A stretch of 64,000 bases of DNA. Source: the human T2T-CHM13v2.0 reference genome, Homo sapiens. Positions 28,997 through 51,934 of this stretch are shown piece by piece. The number at the start of each line of letters is the position of its first letter. Within the stretch, counting starts at the first letter, position 1. Where the stretch lies: NCBI RefSeq assembly GCF_009914755.1, contig NC_060947.1. One strand, written 5' to 3'. The notes below the pieces were generated by a model. It did no database searches and was not told the DNA's origin. It was given only the letters and a program-made list of their open reading frames with translations. The position numbers and the translations under genes were made by a program.

Positions 28997-29684
28997 TGAG
29001 ATCACAGATATGTGCCACCATGCCCAGCTAAATTTTTTTTTTTAATTATTTTTAGTAGAGATGGGGTTTCACCATTTTGGCCAGGCTGGTCTTGAACTCC
29101 TGGCCTCAGGCGATCCGCCCTCCTCGGCCTCCCAAAGTGCTGGGATTACAGGCATAAGCCACCGCACCCGGGCAATAAGACTTCTTAATAATTAACAGAA
29201 TAAGTAGTCAGTCAATATCAGCAACGACATAGTAGACATGAGCAACACTACTAACCAACTAAACCTTAATAACATTTGTAGAATACTCCTTCAACAACAG
29301 CAGAATACACATTATTTTCAAGTGCACATAGAAAGCTTACAAACGTATATTCTGGGCCATCGACAGGCCTCAATACATTAAAAAGGACTCAAGTCAAATG
29401 AAAAATGTTCTCTGAACACATTGGAACTAAATTTGAAATCAATAATGGAAAGATTCTTGTAAAATCCCCAAATAAAGGGCTTCTACAAAAATCCTACATC
29501 TAACATCATACTTAATGGTGAAAAACAATGCTTTCCTCGTAAGATCTGGAATAAGACAGGAATATCTACACTTATCACTTCTCTTCAATATTGTACCCAA
29601 AGTTCTAACTGGCTTCACCAGTGAATTCTAGCAAACATTTAAAGAGGAAGAAAACACTAATCCTAGGCCAGACACAGCGGCTTA

Positions 29685-29996
<312 letters not shown>

Positions 29997-30063
29997 TCAC
30001 AGACCTGAGGTTGCACAAATAGTATAAGGAGGAATTTATTGCATCAGAAATAATTTTATATGA

Positions 30064-30399
<336 letters not shown>

Positions 30400-30506
30400 T
30401 GAGCCACTGTGCCCAGCCACAACCATCCACTTCTGAACATGCATCCCAGGCCCCTCTGCAGAGCCCAGACACACATATCCAATTGCCTACTGGATATTAC
30501 CAATGG

Positions 30507-30558
<52 letters not shown>
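30507..30558. repeat. (GATA)n tetranucleotide microsatellite
   Basis: About 13 consecutive GATA units. Confidence 0.95.
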
Positions 30559-30837
30559 TACCCAGAATGTATTTTTTCTGTCCATTGGCACTCCATGAGG
30601 GCAAAGACTTTGCCTGTCTTGTTCCCACCTGTATATTCAGTGCTCAAGATACACAGTAGCTGACTAAGAGTTTAGTTCCTATTCAAGAAATACCTTCCTG
30701 CAAAGAAAATAGCCCAGAGGGCTTTGCAGTTGAGTTCTACGAAACACTCAAGGAACAGATTACTTTAGTACTGCATAAACTCTTACAGAGAAGAGGAAAA
30801 AAGAGGCTTAAATCTCCAATTCATTTTAAGAGGATAG

Positions 30838-31265
30838 TGTATTAGCTCCATAGAAGTGCCATTATAGACGACCACCAACTGAGTGGCTTAAAACAACAAA
30901 AATTTATTCTCTCACAGTTCTGGAAGCTGGAAGTCTGAAGTCAAGGTGTCTGCAGGGCCGTGCTCCCTCTGAAACCTGTCGGTGAATCCTTCCTCTCCTC
31001 TCCTAGATTCTGGTGGTTTGCCAGCAATTTTTGGCGTTCCTTGGCTTGCAGCTGCAAAACTCCAATCTCTGCCTCCGTGGCCACATGGCATTCTCCCAGT
31101 ATGTTTCTGTCTTCACATGGCCATCTTCTTATAAGGACATCATCCTAACTAATTACATCTGCAACAACCTTATTTCCAAACTTTACATAAGATCATATTC
31201 TGAGCTACTAGGGGTTAGGACTTCAACATCTTTTTGGCGGGGAACACAATTCAACCCATAAAAGA
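30838..31265 (-). mobile_element. MLT1-type (MaLR) LTR
   Basis: gagtggcttaaaacaac...tttattctctcacagttctggaagctggaagtctgaagtcaaggtgtc...cacaattcaacccata. Confidence 0.8.
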
Positions 31266-31304
31266 TAGCATAACAAACAAGGATCACTTGAGGCCAGGAA
31301 TTTA

Positions 31305-31502
<198 letters not shown>

Positions 31503-31673
31503 CTAAAAAATAAAAGTAATAATAAAATTTTTTTAAATAAAGGAAATTTTCAGGTTTATCTCCTTCATGAACATAGATGCAAAAATCCTAAATGAAATAC
31601 TAGTAATACATAAAAATGTTAATATATTATAAACAATAAACAAGTTGGGTTTATTCCTGGAATACAATGTTAG

Positions 31674-32076
<403 letters not shown>

Positions 32077-32783
32077 TAACATCCATTTATAATTTTTTTA
32101 ATTAAAGAATTAGCCAGGTGTGGTGGTGCACACCTTTAGTCCTAGCTACTTAGGAGGCCAAGGGGGGAGGATGACTTGAGCCCAGGAGGTCGAAGCTGCA
32201 GTGAGCTATGATTGCATCACTGCACTCCAGCCAGGGTGACAGAATGAGACCCTGTCTAAAAAAAAAAAAAAAAGCTGAGCATGATGGCTCACACCTCTAT
32301 TCCCAGCATCCTAGCCCTTTGGGTAGCTGAAGCAGGCAGATTGCTTGAGTCCAGAAGTTCAAGACCAGCCACGGGCAACATGGCAAAACCTCGTCTCTAC
32401 AGAAAAAAAAAAAAAAAAAAAAATTAGCTGAGCATGGTGGTGTGAGCTTATCCTACCTACTTGGGAGGCTGAGATGGGAGGATCGCTTGAGCCCTGGGAG
32501 GTCAAGGCTGCAGTGAGCAGTGAGCAATGATGGCGCCACTGCACTCCAACGTGGGCAACAGAGCAAGACCCTGTCAAAAAAACAAACTCCTATCAAACTA
32601 GGAAAAGACAGGACTTTTTTTTTAACGTGATAGTCTCTACAAAATATGTTCTCAATGGGAAAAGTTGAAAGATTTTCCTTTAAATCAGGAAAAAGACAAG
32701 GGTTCTAGTATCAATATTGCCATTCAACATTGTACTGAAATTAGCCGGGTGTGGTGGCAGGCATATGTAATCCCAGCTTCTCA

Positions 32784-32933
<150 letters not shown>

Positions 32934-34254
32934 CTAGCCAGTTCAGGAAAACTAGAAAAAGAAATGAAACTTTAAGAATGAGTAGTCTGTGGAGGTCAGT
33001 GATTGTGGAGGGCAGGGGGCATCTGTGAGGCTCAGGTCAAGAGCTCAGGCTGCAGGATGACAATGTCAGGGTTACTTAAAATAAAGCTCCTGAATATTTC
33101 AGTGCGCATCCTGGGCAACCTACACTGCCTACCCTCTGCTGACAAGATTACAAACTTCTCTGCTGACAAGATTACCTGCCTAGGCCGAAAACCAGGAGAT
33201 CTGTCCTAGGACTGTCTCCATGCTAGCCTTTCTCTGAGTCAAACTGTGAACCTGGTAGGACACGTGAAGGTCGGATTTGTCCGAGGGAGTGGAAGTACCT
33301 CACAGGATACATGGAGATAGGATTTACCACAGAGAGGTGGGGGAGCAGCTGCCCTGCAGCAAAGCCAGTCCCCATTCATGATCTCCCCACCTCTCGCCCT
33401 GCAAGTCCTGAATCCACAGGGGTGTATCCCAGTGTGTCACTGCCCCTATTCCCACAAATCTTCTATGGCTTTGCGCTATGGAAAGGACTTTCCACAACAA
33501 TACTAGGACATTGTATATATTATATACTATATATATTACAGTATTATATAGCATATGCATTCTATATTATCTCCATTTTCTAGATAAGGAAACTTCTGAG
33601 GCTCAGAAGGAATCAGAAACTCGACCAAGGTCATACTATGTTAGTAAGTAGTAGAGCTATGTACCAAATAAATGTAGGTCTGAATCTAAAGGGAGACTAT
33701 TACCTAAAAAATTCAACTCTGTGCTTTCCTGGAGACCCATTCCCACCTGCCTGGGGCAGCTGTTTCCCACAGGGTCCTCCAAAGTCTCCAAACAGTAATC
33801 ACACATAGGCCCAATCACTGACCCTCCAAGAATCCAATTAAGGAACCAAAGAAACCACAATCAAGGCCGGGCACTGTGGCTCATGCCTGTAATCCCAGTG
33901 CTTTGGGAGGCCAAGGTAGGGGACCTCTTGAGTGGAGGAGTTTGAGGCTGCAGTGAGCTATGATTGAACCACTGCACTCCAGCCTGGGTGACAGATCAAG
34001 AAAGAAAGAAGAAAGAGAAAGAGGCCGGGGGCAGTGGCTCATGCCTGTAATCCCAGCACTTTGGGAGGCTGAGGTGGGCGGATCACTTGAGGTCAGGAGT
34101 TTGAGACCAGCCAGGCCATCATGGTGAAACCTCATCTCTACTAAAAATACAAAAATTAGCTGGGCGTGCTCGCTTGAACCCAGGAGGTGGAGCTTGCAGT
34201 GAACTGAGATTGTGCCATTGCACTCCAGCCTGGACAACAGAGCGAGACTCTGTC

Positions 34255-34500
34255 AAAAAAAAAAAAAAATAGAGAGAGAGAGAAAGAGAAAGAATGAAAG
34301 AGAGAGAAAGAGAAAGAATTAGAGAAAGAAAAGAAAGAAAGAAGAAGGAAGGAAAGGAAGGAAGGAGGGAAGGAAGGAAGGAGGGAAGGAAGGAAGGAAG
34401 GAAAAGAGAAAGAAAGGAAGGAAGGAAAAGAGAAAGAAAGAAAGAGAGAGAGAGAAAGAAAGAAGAAAGAGAGGGAGGGAGGGAGGAAGGAAGGAAGGAA
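34255..34500. repeat. Polypurine (GAAA/GGAA/GA)n tract derived from an Alu tail
   Basis: About 245 bp that is almost entirely purines, directly after an Alu. Confidence 0.92.
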
Positions 34501-35397
34501 GCACAGAGCGTCACTCATCACTGGCTCACACGAACACTACCACTATGGCCCCTCTCCCAATGATTGACAGCCACAGACCCTCAATCAGTAGCCTCAAAGG
34601 CCTCCAATTATTAATTACCTCAGGATTCGAGTCCCTGGAGCCTCATCCTGACACCACTGGCAACCAATCACTGATCTTCCAAAACTGTGGCCAGACCATA
34701 GAGACTGTCAGAGCATAAAGAAAAATCCCTCCACTGTTGATTGTCAGGGTCTGCGAAAGGTCTGAGACTTCACCCTCTTACAAGCTAACATGTTTTAGAG
34801 ATGCTGACAGAAAACATGAGACTCCTGAGGCTGAGACAAAGGATTTTCCTGCTCCTAGGACAGCAAGCAGCTTGCACGTCACGTGGGCACCTGCTCCCCA
34901 TGTCCTCCAAGTCCCACAGCAGTGATGCAGAGGGTCCCTGGTGGACATTGCACACACAATAGGTTTACATCACAGCCAAGAAACACTGAGCATGGGTGAT
35001 CCAGCCTGTTTTTTGCCCCAGAGGGAGACATTGCCTCATCCCACAGGGTTGCTCGGTGTCATCACAACCCTGAGAAATGGCTGGGGTAATCAGTGATTGG
35101 GGCCTTGTATCTTTAGGCAGCTACAAAGTAGTAAAACTAAGGCCAGGTTACTATACGCTACAACCCACACAAAGGAATTTAGACTGATGCGCTGACGTTT
35201 GGCATACTGTCAATAATTTAGGGGGCAATACATGGGCCCCAAAGCAAACCCTGTCCCAGTGGAGAGACATTCTGTTACCTACTGTTCCCCCCATATACAA
35301 ATATACCATCCAAAGGGGAACAGTTCATTTCACTTCAGCATTTGTTGTTCAACTTGATTGGACTCACCATTACATTGGTTTGGTAAAGTGTTATGAG

Positions 35398-35753
35398 CAG
35401 TAGTCTATTCAGGCTGCTATAATGGAATACAATAGACAGGGTAGCATATAACCAACAAGTTTATTTCTCACATGTCTGGAGGCTGGAAGTCGAAGATCAA
35501 GGTGCCAGCAGATTTCTGCATCTGGTGAGGGTCCACTTCCTGGTTCACAGATGGCCATCCTCTCACTGTGTCCTCACATGGAGAAAATAACAAGGGAGCA
35601 CTCTGGGGCCCCGTTTATAAGGGCACTAATTCCTTTCATGAGGGCTCTGCCCTCAAGACCTAATCACCTCCCAAAGACCCTACCTTCTAATACCTTGGGG
35701 CTTAGGATTCCAACATATGAATTTTGAGGTAACATAAACATTCCACCTATAGC
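35398..35753 (-). mobile_element. MLT1A-type LTR
   Basis: tagtctattcaggctgctataatg...ggaggctggaagtcgaagatcaaggtgccagcaga...ataagggcactaat...ctatagca. Confidence 0.78.
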
Positions 35754-36166
35754 AAGTAGCATCTTAGTGCTTGTACTTAAATCTCTAAACGTGGCATAAT
35801 CCAAGGCCACTTGGGTGCCAGGAGAAGCAGATGAATTTGGATCAATCAGATCTAAACAAGGTTGTGCTGGCCCACGTATGTCTACAGGTATGAGGGAAGC
35901 CTGTGTTTAGGAGCTGCTGTTGATGGCATCAGGCACAGCAGAGTAATTCAGGAGCAGCCATACTCACATGCTTTTTTCTGGTTTTGTCACCCAAGGACGG
36001 TGATGGCAAACCTAGCAGCAGGTTAGATTGCCAGCTGCACCTGCTGCTTGACTCCAGCAGAGCAGATGATTGTTTTGTTGGGCTGTGAGTGCTCGATCTA
36101 GGGGACAAAGAGAGCATTCATTTTCTCCCCATCTTGCACCTCTCAGGGTCTAAGATATTCCCTCCC

Positions 36167-36851
<685 letters not shown>

Positions 36852-37007
36852 CTCCCCAAATGCTCTCCTTCCACACCTCATGAAATCAATGTATCCCATC
36901 CCAGAGCCTGTAACTTCACTTTTTCCCAATCATCCCCTATTTGTACCCAGACCTTTCATCCAGAAGGGTCAAGTACAAGAGGGCCAAAGGCATTTTTATA
37001 AAATTTA

Positions 37008-37571
<564 letters not shown>

Positions 37572-38088
37572 TCACGTCCAGGAACGGCCAGGGCAGAATC
37601 CCAAATGCCTCTATAGCCCACCCCTTTTGTTCCGACCATTATCTGAGGTACCCAATGGGAGATAATGCCATTCTTGGGACAGCCACATTTAGTGACCAAA
37701 CTGCCTTACTAAGGTGAGTGGACCAGGAGAAGGAGAGAGAGGTAGGTTCTGCAATCCTTTTGAGTTCATTTTTGAGGAGGCCATTTCAATATTTAACAAT
37801 ATCAGATACCTGCCCATGGTAGGGCACATAGAACATCTATGGAAGGCTTTGACTACTGACCCATAGTTGGGTGGCCTTTGCAACAAAAGGCACACCACTG
37901 TCAGACTGCAAATGGTCTGTGTCAGAAACATAGAGTCCTTTACTTTGTGCCCAGTCTATGATGGTGGATGCATTGCCATGTTCAGGGGGCAGTGAACTAG
38001 AAGTGCATCAGCTGTTTGATTCCAGTCGGCCTCATCAGAGAATAGGCTCTTACTATGGGCGTCTACATGGGTGACCCAGACTGACCAA

Positions 38089-39900
<1,812 letters not shown>

Positions 39901-40021
39901 GAGCAGTGTTTTTCATTTAGGTGGCATCTGTACGAATCCTAGTTTGGAAAGGTGCGAAGGTTATGTGCCTTTGTTTTTAATATTTTGGATTTTTAATTTT
40001 CTGTTTCTTTTTTTCACTTAG

Positions 40022-40390
<369 letters not shown>

Positions 40391-41659
40391 TGAGCCACCG
40401 CGCCTGGCCTTACTTATTTTTAAAGCAAATTCTTCTAGATCCTGAGTTTCTGGCTTTTTAAATTAAAATTACAAGAAAATGTATTGATTCCTCTGGTGTT
40501 AACAGGTCTGGAGACATACATTTATGATGCTTTGGAGCTATTGATAATATATAGAGTACTTTATTCATTAATTATTTCATTCTAAAAACCCTGCTTTATA
40601 TATCCCCAGAATACTAAGGCCTGGTGGGGAATATCTTATAAATAATTAATGGTTATTACTAATTATTAATAATAACCGTCAATGAAAGTAAGATAGAAAC
40701 TGTTAAGAGATTCAGTTAAGTACTGTGTAATTTTGTGTTGATTATATCTGCCAGTAATATTCATCATGCATTGCATAGAAGTGGGATTGTCTTTCTTTTT
40801 CTCCTAGCTGGTTTGTGAGAAAATTGTGAGCAATTTTGCACAGGGAGACTTCGATGTCTGACTAACATTTATTGACTGCTTGTATGTACTAGGAATAATT
40901 CTAAATGCTGATCATGTGTTATTTTTTTCTCTTTTTTTCTTTTTATTTGTCATTCTAAATGCCCTTCATGTATTGTCTCATTTAATCCTCACAAATAGGC
41001 ACATTTATTCTCGTCATACTACAGATGGGGAAACATCCGTAAGTGGCAGAGATGGGATTTGAACCCAAGCCGTCTTAAGGACTGCACTGGAACGGTGTTT
41101 TTTGTTTTCTAAAATGGGGGTAATAATACATGTAAAGTGATTAGAACATATAGTTAGCTCTGAATACATGGCAGAACTTACTGCAGTTATGGCCTTGTTT
41201 AAGGCTCCCAGCCACCCTGTGAGTTAGGGATCAACATGATCCCCCTTTTCTACAAGAAGAAACAGGTTCTGAGAGAATAAATGACTTGCCCAAGGCCACT
41301 CGGTACATGGCCTAGCTGGGCTCATGCTGTGGTCATTTTCCTGCTATAAACCCTTCCCAAGTTCCACACCCTACTCTGGATGAACTCTTGGTGCATTAAG
41401 GCTTTTGATTCATAAAATTTAAATATATTTCTAAGCTGGGTACGGTGGCATGCACCTATAGTCCCAGCTTCTCGGGGGGCTTAGGTGGGAGGATTGCTTG
41501 AGCCCAGGAATTCAAGTCCAGCCTGGGCAATATAGCAAGAACCCATCTCTAAAAATAAACAAATAAGTTTCTGAACACACACATGTCAAACCCCTGTGTG
41601 ATCTGGCCCCAACCCACCAGTCCTGCCTTATCTTAATGGATTTAGGGGTTTTTAAAATT

Positions 41660-42375
<716 letters not shown>

Positions 42376-42391
42376 TTAAATTCCCAGTACC

Positions 42392-42547
42392 ATGTCTTAA
42401 ACTTATGAGTAAGGAAAATAACGATTGTTATTCGGGGTGATGCCCGAATCCTCACTGCTAATGTGAGACGAATTTTTGAGCTGGTAAAGGTCGCCCCTAA
42501 GGTGACCAGCCTACTTTGCGGGATGCCTAGGAGTCGCGATCTGCCTG
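42392..42547 (+). pseudogene. RNU12-2P: U12 minor-spliceosome snRNA retrocopy (full length, 6-nt insertion)
   Basis: ATGTCTTAAACTTATGAGTAAGGAAAATAACGATT...CCTCACTGCTAATGTGAGACGAATTTTTGAG...CTACTTTGCGGGATGCC matches U12. Sm site AATTTTTG at 42471-42478. No snRNA promoter is evident upstream. Symbol assigned from recalled location. Confidence 0.92.
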
Positions 42548-42576
42548 ACACCTTTACACCTAAAAAGTAGACTGGG

Positions 42577-43314
<738 letters not shown>

Positions 43315-43487
43315 TTAAGAAGGTGATGTTTACCAACGACTTGAAGGAGGTGAAGGAGTTGGAAAGAAAACAAAAAGACAAGGCTGGCTGGGCACAGTGG
43401 CTCTCACCTGTAATCCCAACACTTTGGGAGGCCAAGGCGGGGGGACTCCTTGAGCCCAGGAGTTCCAGACTAGCCTGGGGAACATAA

Positions 43488-43819
<332 letters not shown>

Positions 43820-43866
43820 TAAAAAAGAACAAATAATAATTTGGGGTAATGATAATAGCTAAATAA

Positions 43867-44104
<238 letters not shown>

Positions 44105-44795
44105 TGAGCTCAATCAATCTATCCGCCTTGGCCTATCAAGTGCTGGAATTACAGGCATGAGCCACCATATCCTGCCCCACCACTTTCAATAACAGAGCCA
44201 AAACTTCGAAGTAGTGACTGCCAGGGTTCCAAAACCACCTTCCATTTTGGGGTCCACAATTTGAACATTCCCCAAACCATTGTCCCACAATCTCATTTTT
44301 GAAGAAGTTTTTTTTAATTTAAAAACTTCCATGATTACTGTATTAATATGAAGATTAATTCATTCAGCCAGCCAATGTTTACAAACAGCTAATCTGTGTC
44401 AAACAACATTGTAAGCACTCAGATTAATCCTCTCGATATCCTTACGAGGTAGTTAACATCATTAGCCCCAGTTTACAGAGGGGGAAAATAGGAGTATGAG
44501 GTCACACATTTAGTATGGAGGAAGCTGGGATTTGAACCAAGGCAGTATGGCTCCAGGGGACGTTACCCTAACCCCTGTGTTAGACTGTCTTGAAAGTTTT
44601 ACTCGTCTTTCAAAGTTCTCTCTTCAATTAGACACTTCCCTCAGATCTTCATCAAACGTCATTTTTAAATTTAATTTTTTTTTAAGAGATGGGGGTCTTG
44701 CTCTGTTGCCCAGGGTGGAATACAGTGGCAGGGATCATAGCTGACTGCAGCCTTGACATCCTGGGCTCAAGGGATCCTCCTGCCTCAGTAGCTAG

Positions 44796-45068
<273 letters not shown>

Positions 45069-45752
45069 TAGTAGAAATGGGGGTCTCGCCATGTTGCCCA
45101 GGCTGGTCTTGAACTCCTGAGCTCAAGGGATCTGCACCCCTCAGCCTCCCAAAGTTCTGGGATTACAGGCATGAGCCATGGTCCCCAGCCTGTATTTTAC
45201 TTATTTAGCTATTATCTTTACTCCAAATTGTTAATTATTCTTTAAATTTATTATCTGTCCCCTACAGATAATAAATAAGCTTAATAAATCAATAAGCTTC
45301 CTTCCTCTTGAAGGAAGCCCCAAGAGGGCAGGAATTTTTGCCTGTTTTATTCACTGCTGTATCCCTGTCACATAGTAGGCACTTGATCAATATTTGTGAG
45401 ATGAATGAATAAATGATTGAATGAACAAATGAATCCTTCTTCACACTTATGTATAGGTAATGGTTGTTGATTCCCAGCTGCTTTGCCTGGGTCCTGCGCC
45501 TTCAACTGGCCCTGGATTCACCCCTCTGACTCACATGCACTTGACCTCTAAAGTATTGGCTCTGCTTACGAATACTAACATTTAAAATTGGAATCAGGCC
45601 AGGGGCGGTGGCTCACGCCTGTAATCCCAGCTCTTTGGGAGGCTGAGGCTGGTGGATCACTTGAGGTCAGGAGTTTTAGACCAGCCTGGCCAACATGGTG
45701 AAACCCCGTTTCTACTAAAATTACAAAAATTAGCCCAGCATGATGGTGCTCA

Positions 45753-45887
<135 letters not shown>

Positions 45888-45899
45888 TTAATTAATTTA

Positions 45900-46638
<739 letters not shown>

Positions 46639-49600
46639 TTAACCCAAAACCAATTTTGGCTGTCTCATTTCTCTGAAGTTATTTTCATCGTGATCATTTT
46701 CTGGTTAATTTTTGCAACGATGATTCAATCCATACATTGATTCTCTTATCTGTGTCAAATTCAAGCAGTAACAGCTTCCCTCAGATAGCTCCTTGGCCTC
46801 AGGCTGCTCCTTGACCATCTCAGGCACATACATTCTTGCTTCTGGAACTTGGTACTTATTGTTCCTTCTGCCAGAAATGCTCTTGCATCTGTGTAGTTCA
46901 TCTCTGGCTTCCTTCACATTTTTTTCCTTCAAGTAATCACCTTTGCTGACTATCCTATTTAAATTCAGGTTCTCCTCTCCCCCCAACTCCCTGACACCCC
47001 CCTTACCAGATTTACTTATTTATTTATTTTTGGGATAGGGTCTTGCTCAGTCACCCAGGCTGGAGTGCAGTGGCCCGATCTCAGCTCACTGCAACCTTTG
47101 CCTCCCGTGCTCCAGCAATTCTCCACCTCAGCCTTCCGAGTAGCTGGAATTACAGGCGTGTGACACCATGCCCAGCCCAGTTGCCCAGGCTGGCCTCAGG
47201 CTCCTGGCCTCAAGTGATCTGCCCACCTCAGCCTCCCAAAGTGCTGGGATTACAGGCGTGAGCCACCACACCCAGCCTCTGGATTTATTTTTAACTTAAT
47301 CCATACTTATCACTTCCCTACATACATATAACACACAAATTGTGCTGTTTATTTTCTGTCTCTCCCAGCTGGAATACAGGCTCCATGAGGGCGGGCATTT
47401 TTAAATCTTTTGTTCCCTGCTGTATCCCCTTTGCCTGTAACAGTGCCTGGGCAGGAGGATCGCTTCAGTCCAGGGTCCAGGCTGCAGTGAGCCATAGTCA
47501 TGCCACTGCACTCCAGCCTGACCAACAGAGCAAGACCCTATCTCAAAACAAAAATAAAAACAAAACAACAGGAACAGTGCCTAGGACCCTGTAGGCACTT
47601 CAATAAATATTTGTTGAATGAATACCTCCTGTCATTCTGAGCTTTATTTGTGGACAGTTTCCATTGAGTCTAATATTTCAGGATCAAAATTTGCAGGTCC
47701 ACATTTTGTTGAGAACATCAAAAACTTCCATCAATTTTCCCTCAACACAGTTTCAGGTTCACAGTTTTGGCTGCTGTCAGTTTATTCTGTGGTGCTTATG
47801 TTTATTGGTAATAGTCACTGTTAATCTGGTAAGATGTTCTATTTTTATTTTCTGGGTGATGTCCTATTAGATTGAAGGATAAAGGAGGCCAGTATCTATT
47901 ATGTGGGCAGAACAAAGTTGCGTCCAAAATATGAAAGTTCAAAGGTCCCTGGGGTCGAACAGTAGGGTGAAAACATTGTATTAAGGTCTCTGATCACTCA
48001 CACCAGCCTCTGCCCTCATCCTGGGAAATTCCTAAGGGCAGGGACCCTGATATCCGCCAGTGCCTGGCACACTGTTGGGGCTTGGCACTCAGTAGGCACT
48101 CCCTCCCTCTTCATCCCAATGTGGTCCTTAAAAGGTCAGTCATCCCCAGCCTGGCCAACATGGTGAAACCCTGTCTCTACTAAAAAAAAATACAAACAAA
48201 ATTAGCCGGGCGTGGTGGTGGGTGCCTGTAGTTCCAGCTACTCAGGAGGCTGAGGCAGGAGAATCGTTTGAACCTGGGAGAAGGAGGTTGCAGAGAGCCG
48301 AGATCATGCCACTGCATTCCAGCCTGGGCAACAGAGTGAGACCCTGTCTCAAGAAAAGAAAAAAAAAAAGGTTAGTCATCCGCCAGAATGGCTGCAGTGA
48401 AAAAGATGGGAAATGCCGAATGATGGGGAGTCAACTCTGGGAAAGTGTAGATTGGAAAATTGGCATGATTTACTGAAGCTGATTGGTCACATGTCTACGC
48501 AATGACTTAGCAATTCCATTCCTAGGTTATATACCCAAGAAATGAGTACATATGTCTATCAAAAGATGTGTACAAGAATGTTCACAGAATTATTCTTAGC
48601 CAGGCACAGTGGCTCATGCTTGTAATCCCAGCACTTTGGGAGGCCAAGGTAGGTGGATCACTTAAGATCAGGGGTTTGAGATCAGCCTGGCCAACCTGGT
48701 GAAACACTGTCTCTACTAAAAATACAAAAATTAGCTGGGCCTGGTGGGTCACGCCTATAACCCCAGCTACTCGGGAGGCTGAGGCATGAGAATCACTCCA
48801 ACCCAGGGAGGTGGAGGTTGCAGTGAGCCAAGATCGCACCACTGCACTCCAGCCTGAGCGACAGAGCAAGACTCTGTCTCAAAAGAAAAAAAAATTCTTA
48901 ATAGCCCCAAATATAAAACAACTCAAATGCTCAGCAACGTAAGAATGGCTAAAGTCTGGTCTGTTCATACAATGAAATGGAATACAGCAATGAGGATGAA
49001 CAAACTACTCATGTATGTGACGATGTTGATCAGTCTCACAAACGTTGTACAGAATGAAAGAAACTGGACACAAAACCAGACCAAAGTAACCTAACATTGT
49101 TAGAAGTCAGGAGAGTGGCTACCTTTGGTGGGGAAGAGGGAAGACCTGAAGGGAGCTTCTGGGGTTTGCCATGTTGTGATTTTTGTTTGTCTTTTTGTTT
49201 TTGAGACAGGGTCTCGCTCTGTGGCCCAGGCTGGAGTGTAGTGGCACGGTGCGATCTCGGCTCACTGCAACCTCTGCCTCCTAGGCTCAAGCGATCCTCC
49301 CACCTCAGCACCCTTACTAGCTGGGACCATCATGCCTCGCTAATTTTTGTATTTTTTGTAGAGACGAGGTTTCACCATGTTGCCCAGGCTAGTCTCAAAC
49401 TCCCAAGCTTGAGACACCAGTCTGCCTCTGCCTCTCAAAGTATGTTTCTTGACCTGAGTGCTGGTTATATGGGTGTGCCCAATTTATAAAAAGTAAATGA
49501 GCTTTGTGAGCTTTTCTGCATGTGTATTTTAATTCAATGATTTATAAAGAGTCAGTCAGTGTGGCTGGGCCATGATGAGGGAGGGGAAGGTAGTATTGTC

Positions 49601-50862
49601 AGAATGGGGCCAGGGCTCGGATTTTAGGATTAAGTCTAAGTGCAGCCTTCTGTTTGACCAGAATGGAGGCTTCTGGAGAGCCCTGGAGCTTGATGAGGCA
49701 GAGCAGAAGGGAATGAGAAGTGTTCATCCTCAGGGGGGTAAGCCAGAAGGCAAGGATGGGTATGGGATGTCACCTACACAGGAGGTATCAATACCAAATG
49801 TTTATCAAGCACATACCATGCCAGTCACTGCTCTAAGTGAACAGAACATATGTGAATACCTGCCCTTCTGGAATTTACATCCTGGTGGGTGGTGAGTGGA
49901 GAGAATGTGCTCTCTAGGCACCAGGCTGAGGCTTATTATAGGGGTTATTGCTCCAATATACCCAGGTACTTGGTGGCTGGGGTAACATGCCCCTTTCACT
50001 TCCATAGTCCCACTAACTGCAGGGGGAGGGTAGAGAGTGCTCCCTTTATACATTAGTACTCTCTGCTTTGGGGTACACTCGAGTTGGGAGACTGGCCCCA
50101 CAAAGCAGCACTGGGGCAGGGGAAGCCCTCAGGGTCTTCCTCACTTGCAGGAAGGCTCATGCAGATATGGCTCCCGCCTCAGCCACATGTAAGTGGATTT
50201 GGGTTCTCCTGAGACCCAGTAGCTAGAAGTAGGGCATTGCCTCTAGTGGTGAATTTGGCAAGCCAGATTTTCTTCCTGTAGCCAGTGGCTGGAGGCTCCC
50301 ACACCCTCCAAAGCCCCAGGCAGGGACAAGCACAGAGATGGTAGCAATGAATATATGAGGTGGTGATTTGAATGTGGGAGCTGTGGAAGGAAGAGATGCC
50401 AAGAGGGTGAAGGGAAGCCCACACTTAACAGAGATGCTTTTGAAAGAAACAAACTCAGCCAGGGCCAGAACAAGTCCCCTACTCCATCTGCCAGACTGAG
50501 AGACAGCAACCCTGGTGCAAGGAGACAGCCTATTTCCACAGAGGAAGAAAGTAAGGGAGAAAAGACTTCTTGATTTCGAGACACAGAAAGACAAAGAGAG
50601 GAAAGGGGGTGAGGAGAGAAACAGACACACGTGCACACACATACACACACACAGATGCATATCTTGAGTTAGAGGTCATCCAGATTTGGGGCAGAAGGGA
50701 ATACAGGCATCCAGACTCACCAACACACAGGACAGGGGCAAACCCTAAAGCCCAGAGAGAAGCAGAGAGGACAGGGAGGGGAGACAAAACACCCACCCTT
50801 AGAAAGAGAAAGCCCTGCACTCACCCTCCACCTTAATCCCTGGTCTCCCTGGCTTCTCTTCA

Positions 50863-51850
<988 letters not shown>

Positions 51851-51934
51851 ACCCAGGGAAGGTTGCAGCAGCCCTTTTAAAGCTTTTGACACCCCCATCC
51901 CATATCCCCTTCACAACACAATCAACACTAGCGA

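Noticed and set aside
35760-35830. VALDY on the minus strand as an env immunosuppressive-domain remnant
   Set aside because: The match is too short and lacks the flanking consensus residues, so it cannot be supported without a profile search.
42392-42547. Functional U12 snRNA gene
   Set aside because: Upstream is a pyrimidine microsatellite and an L1 fragment with no recognisable PSE/DSE. It is flanked by a TSD and carries an insertion and substitutions.
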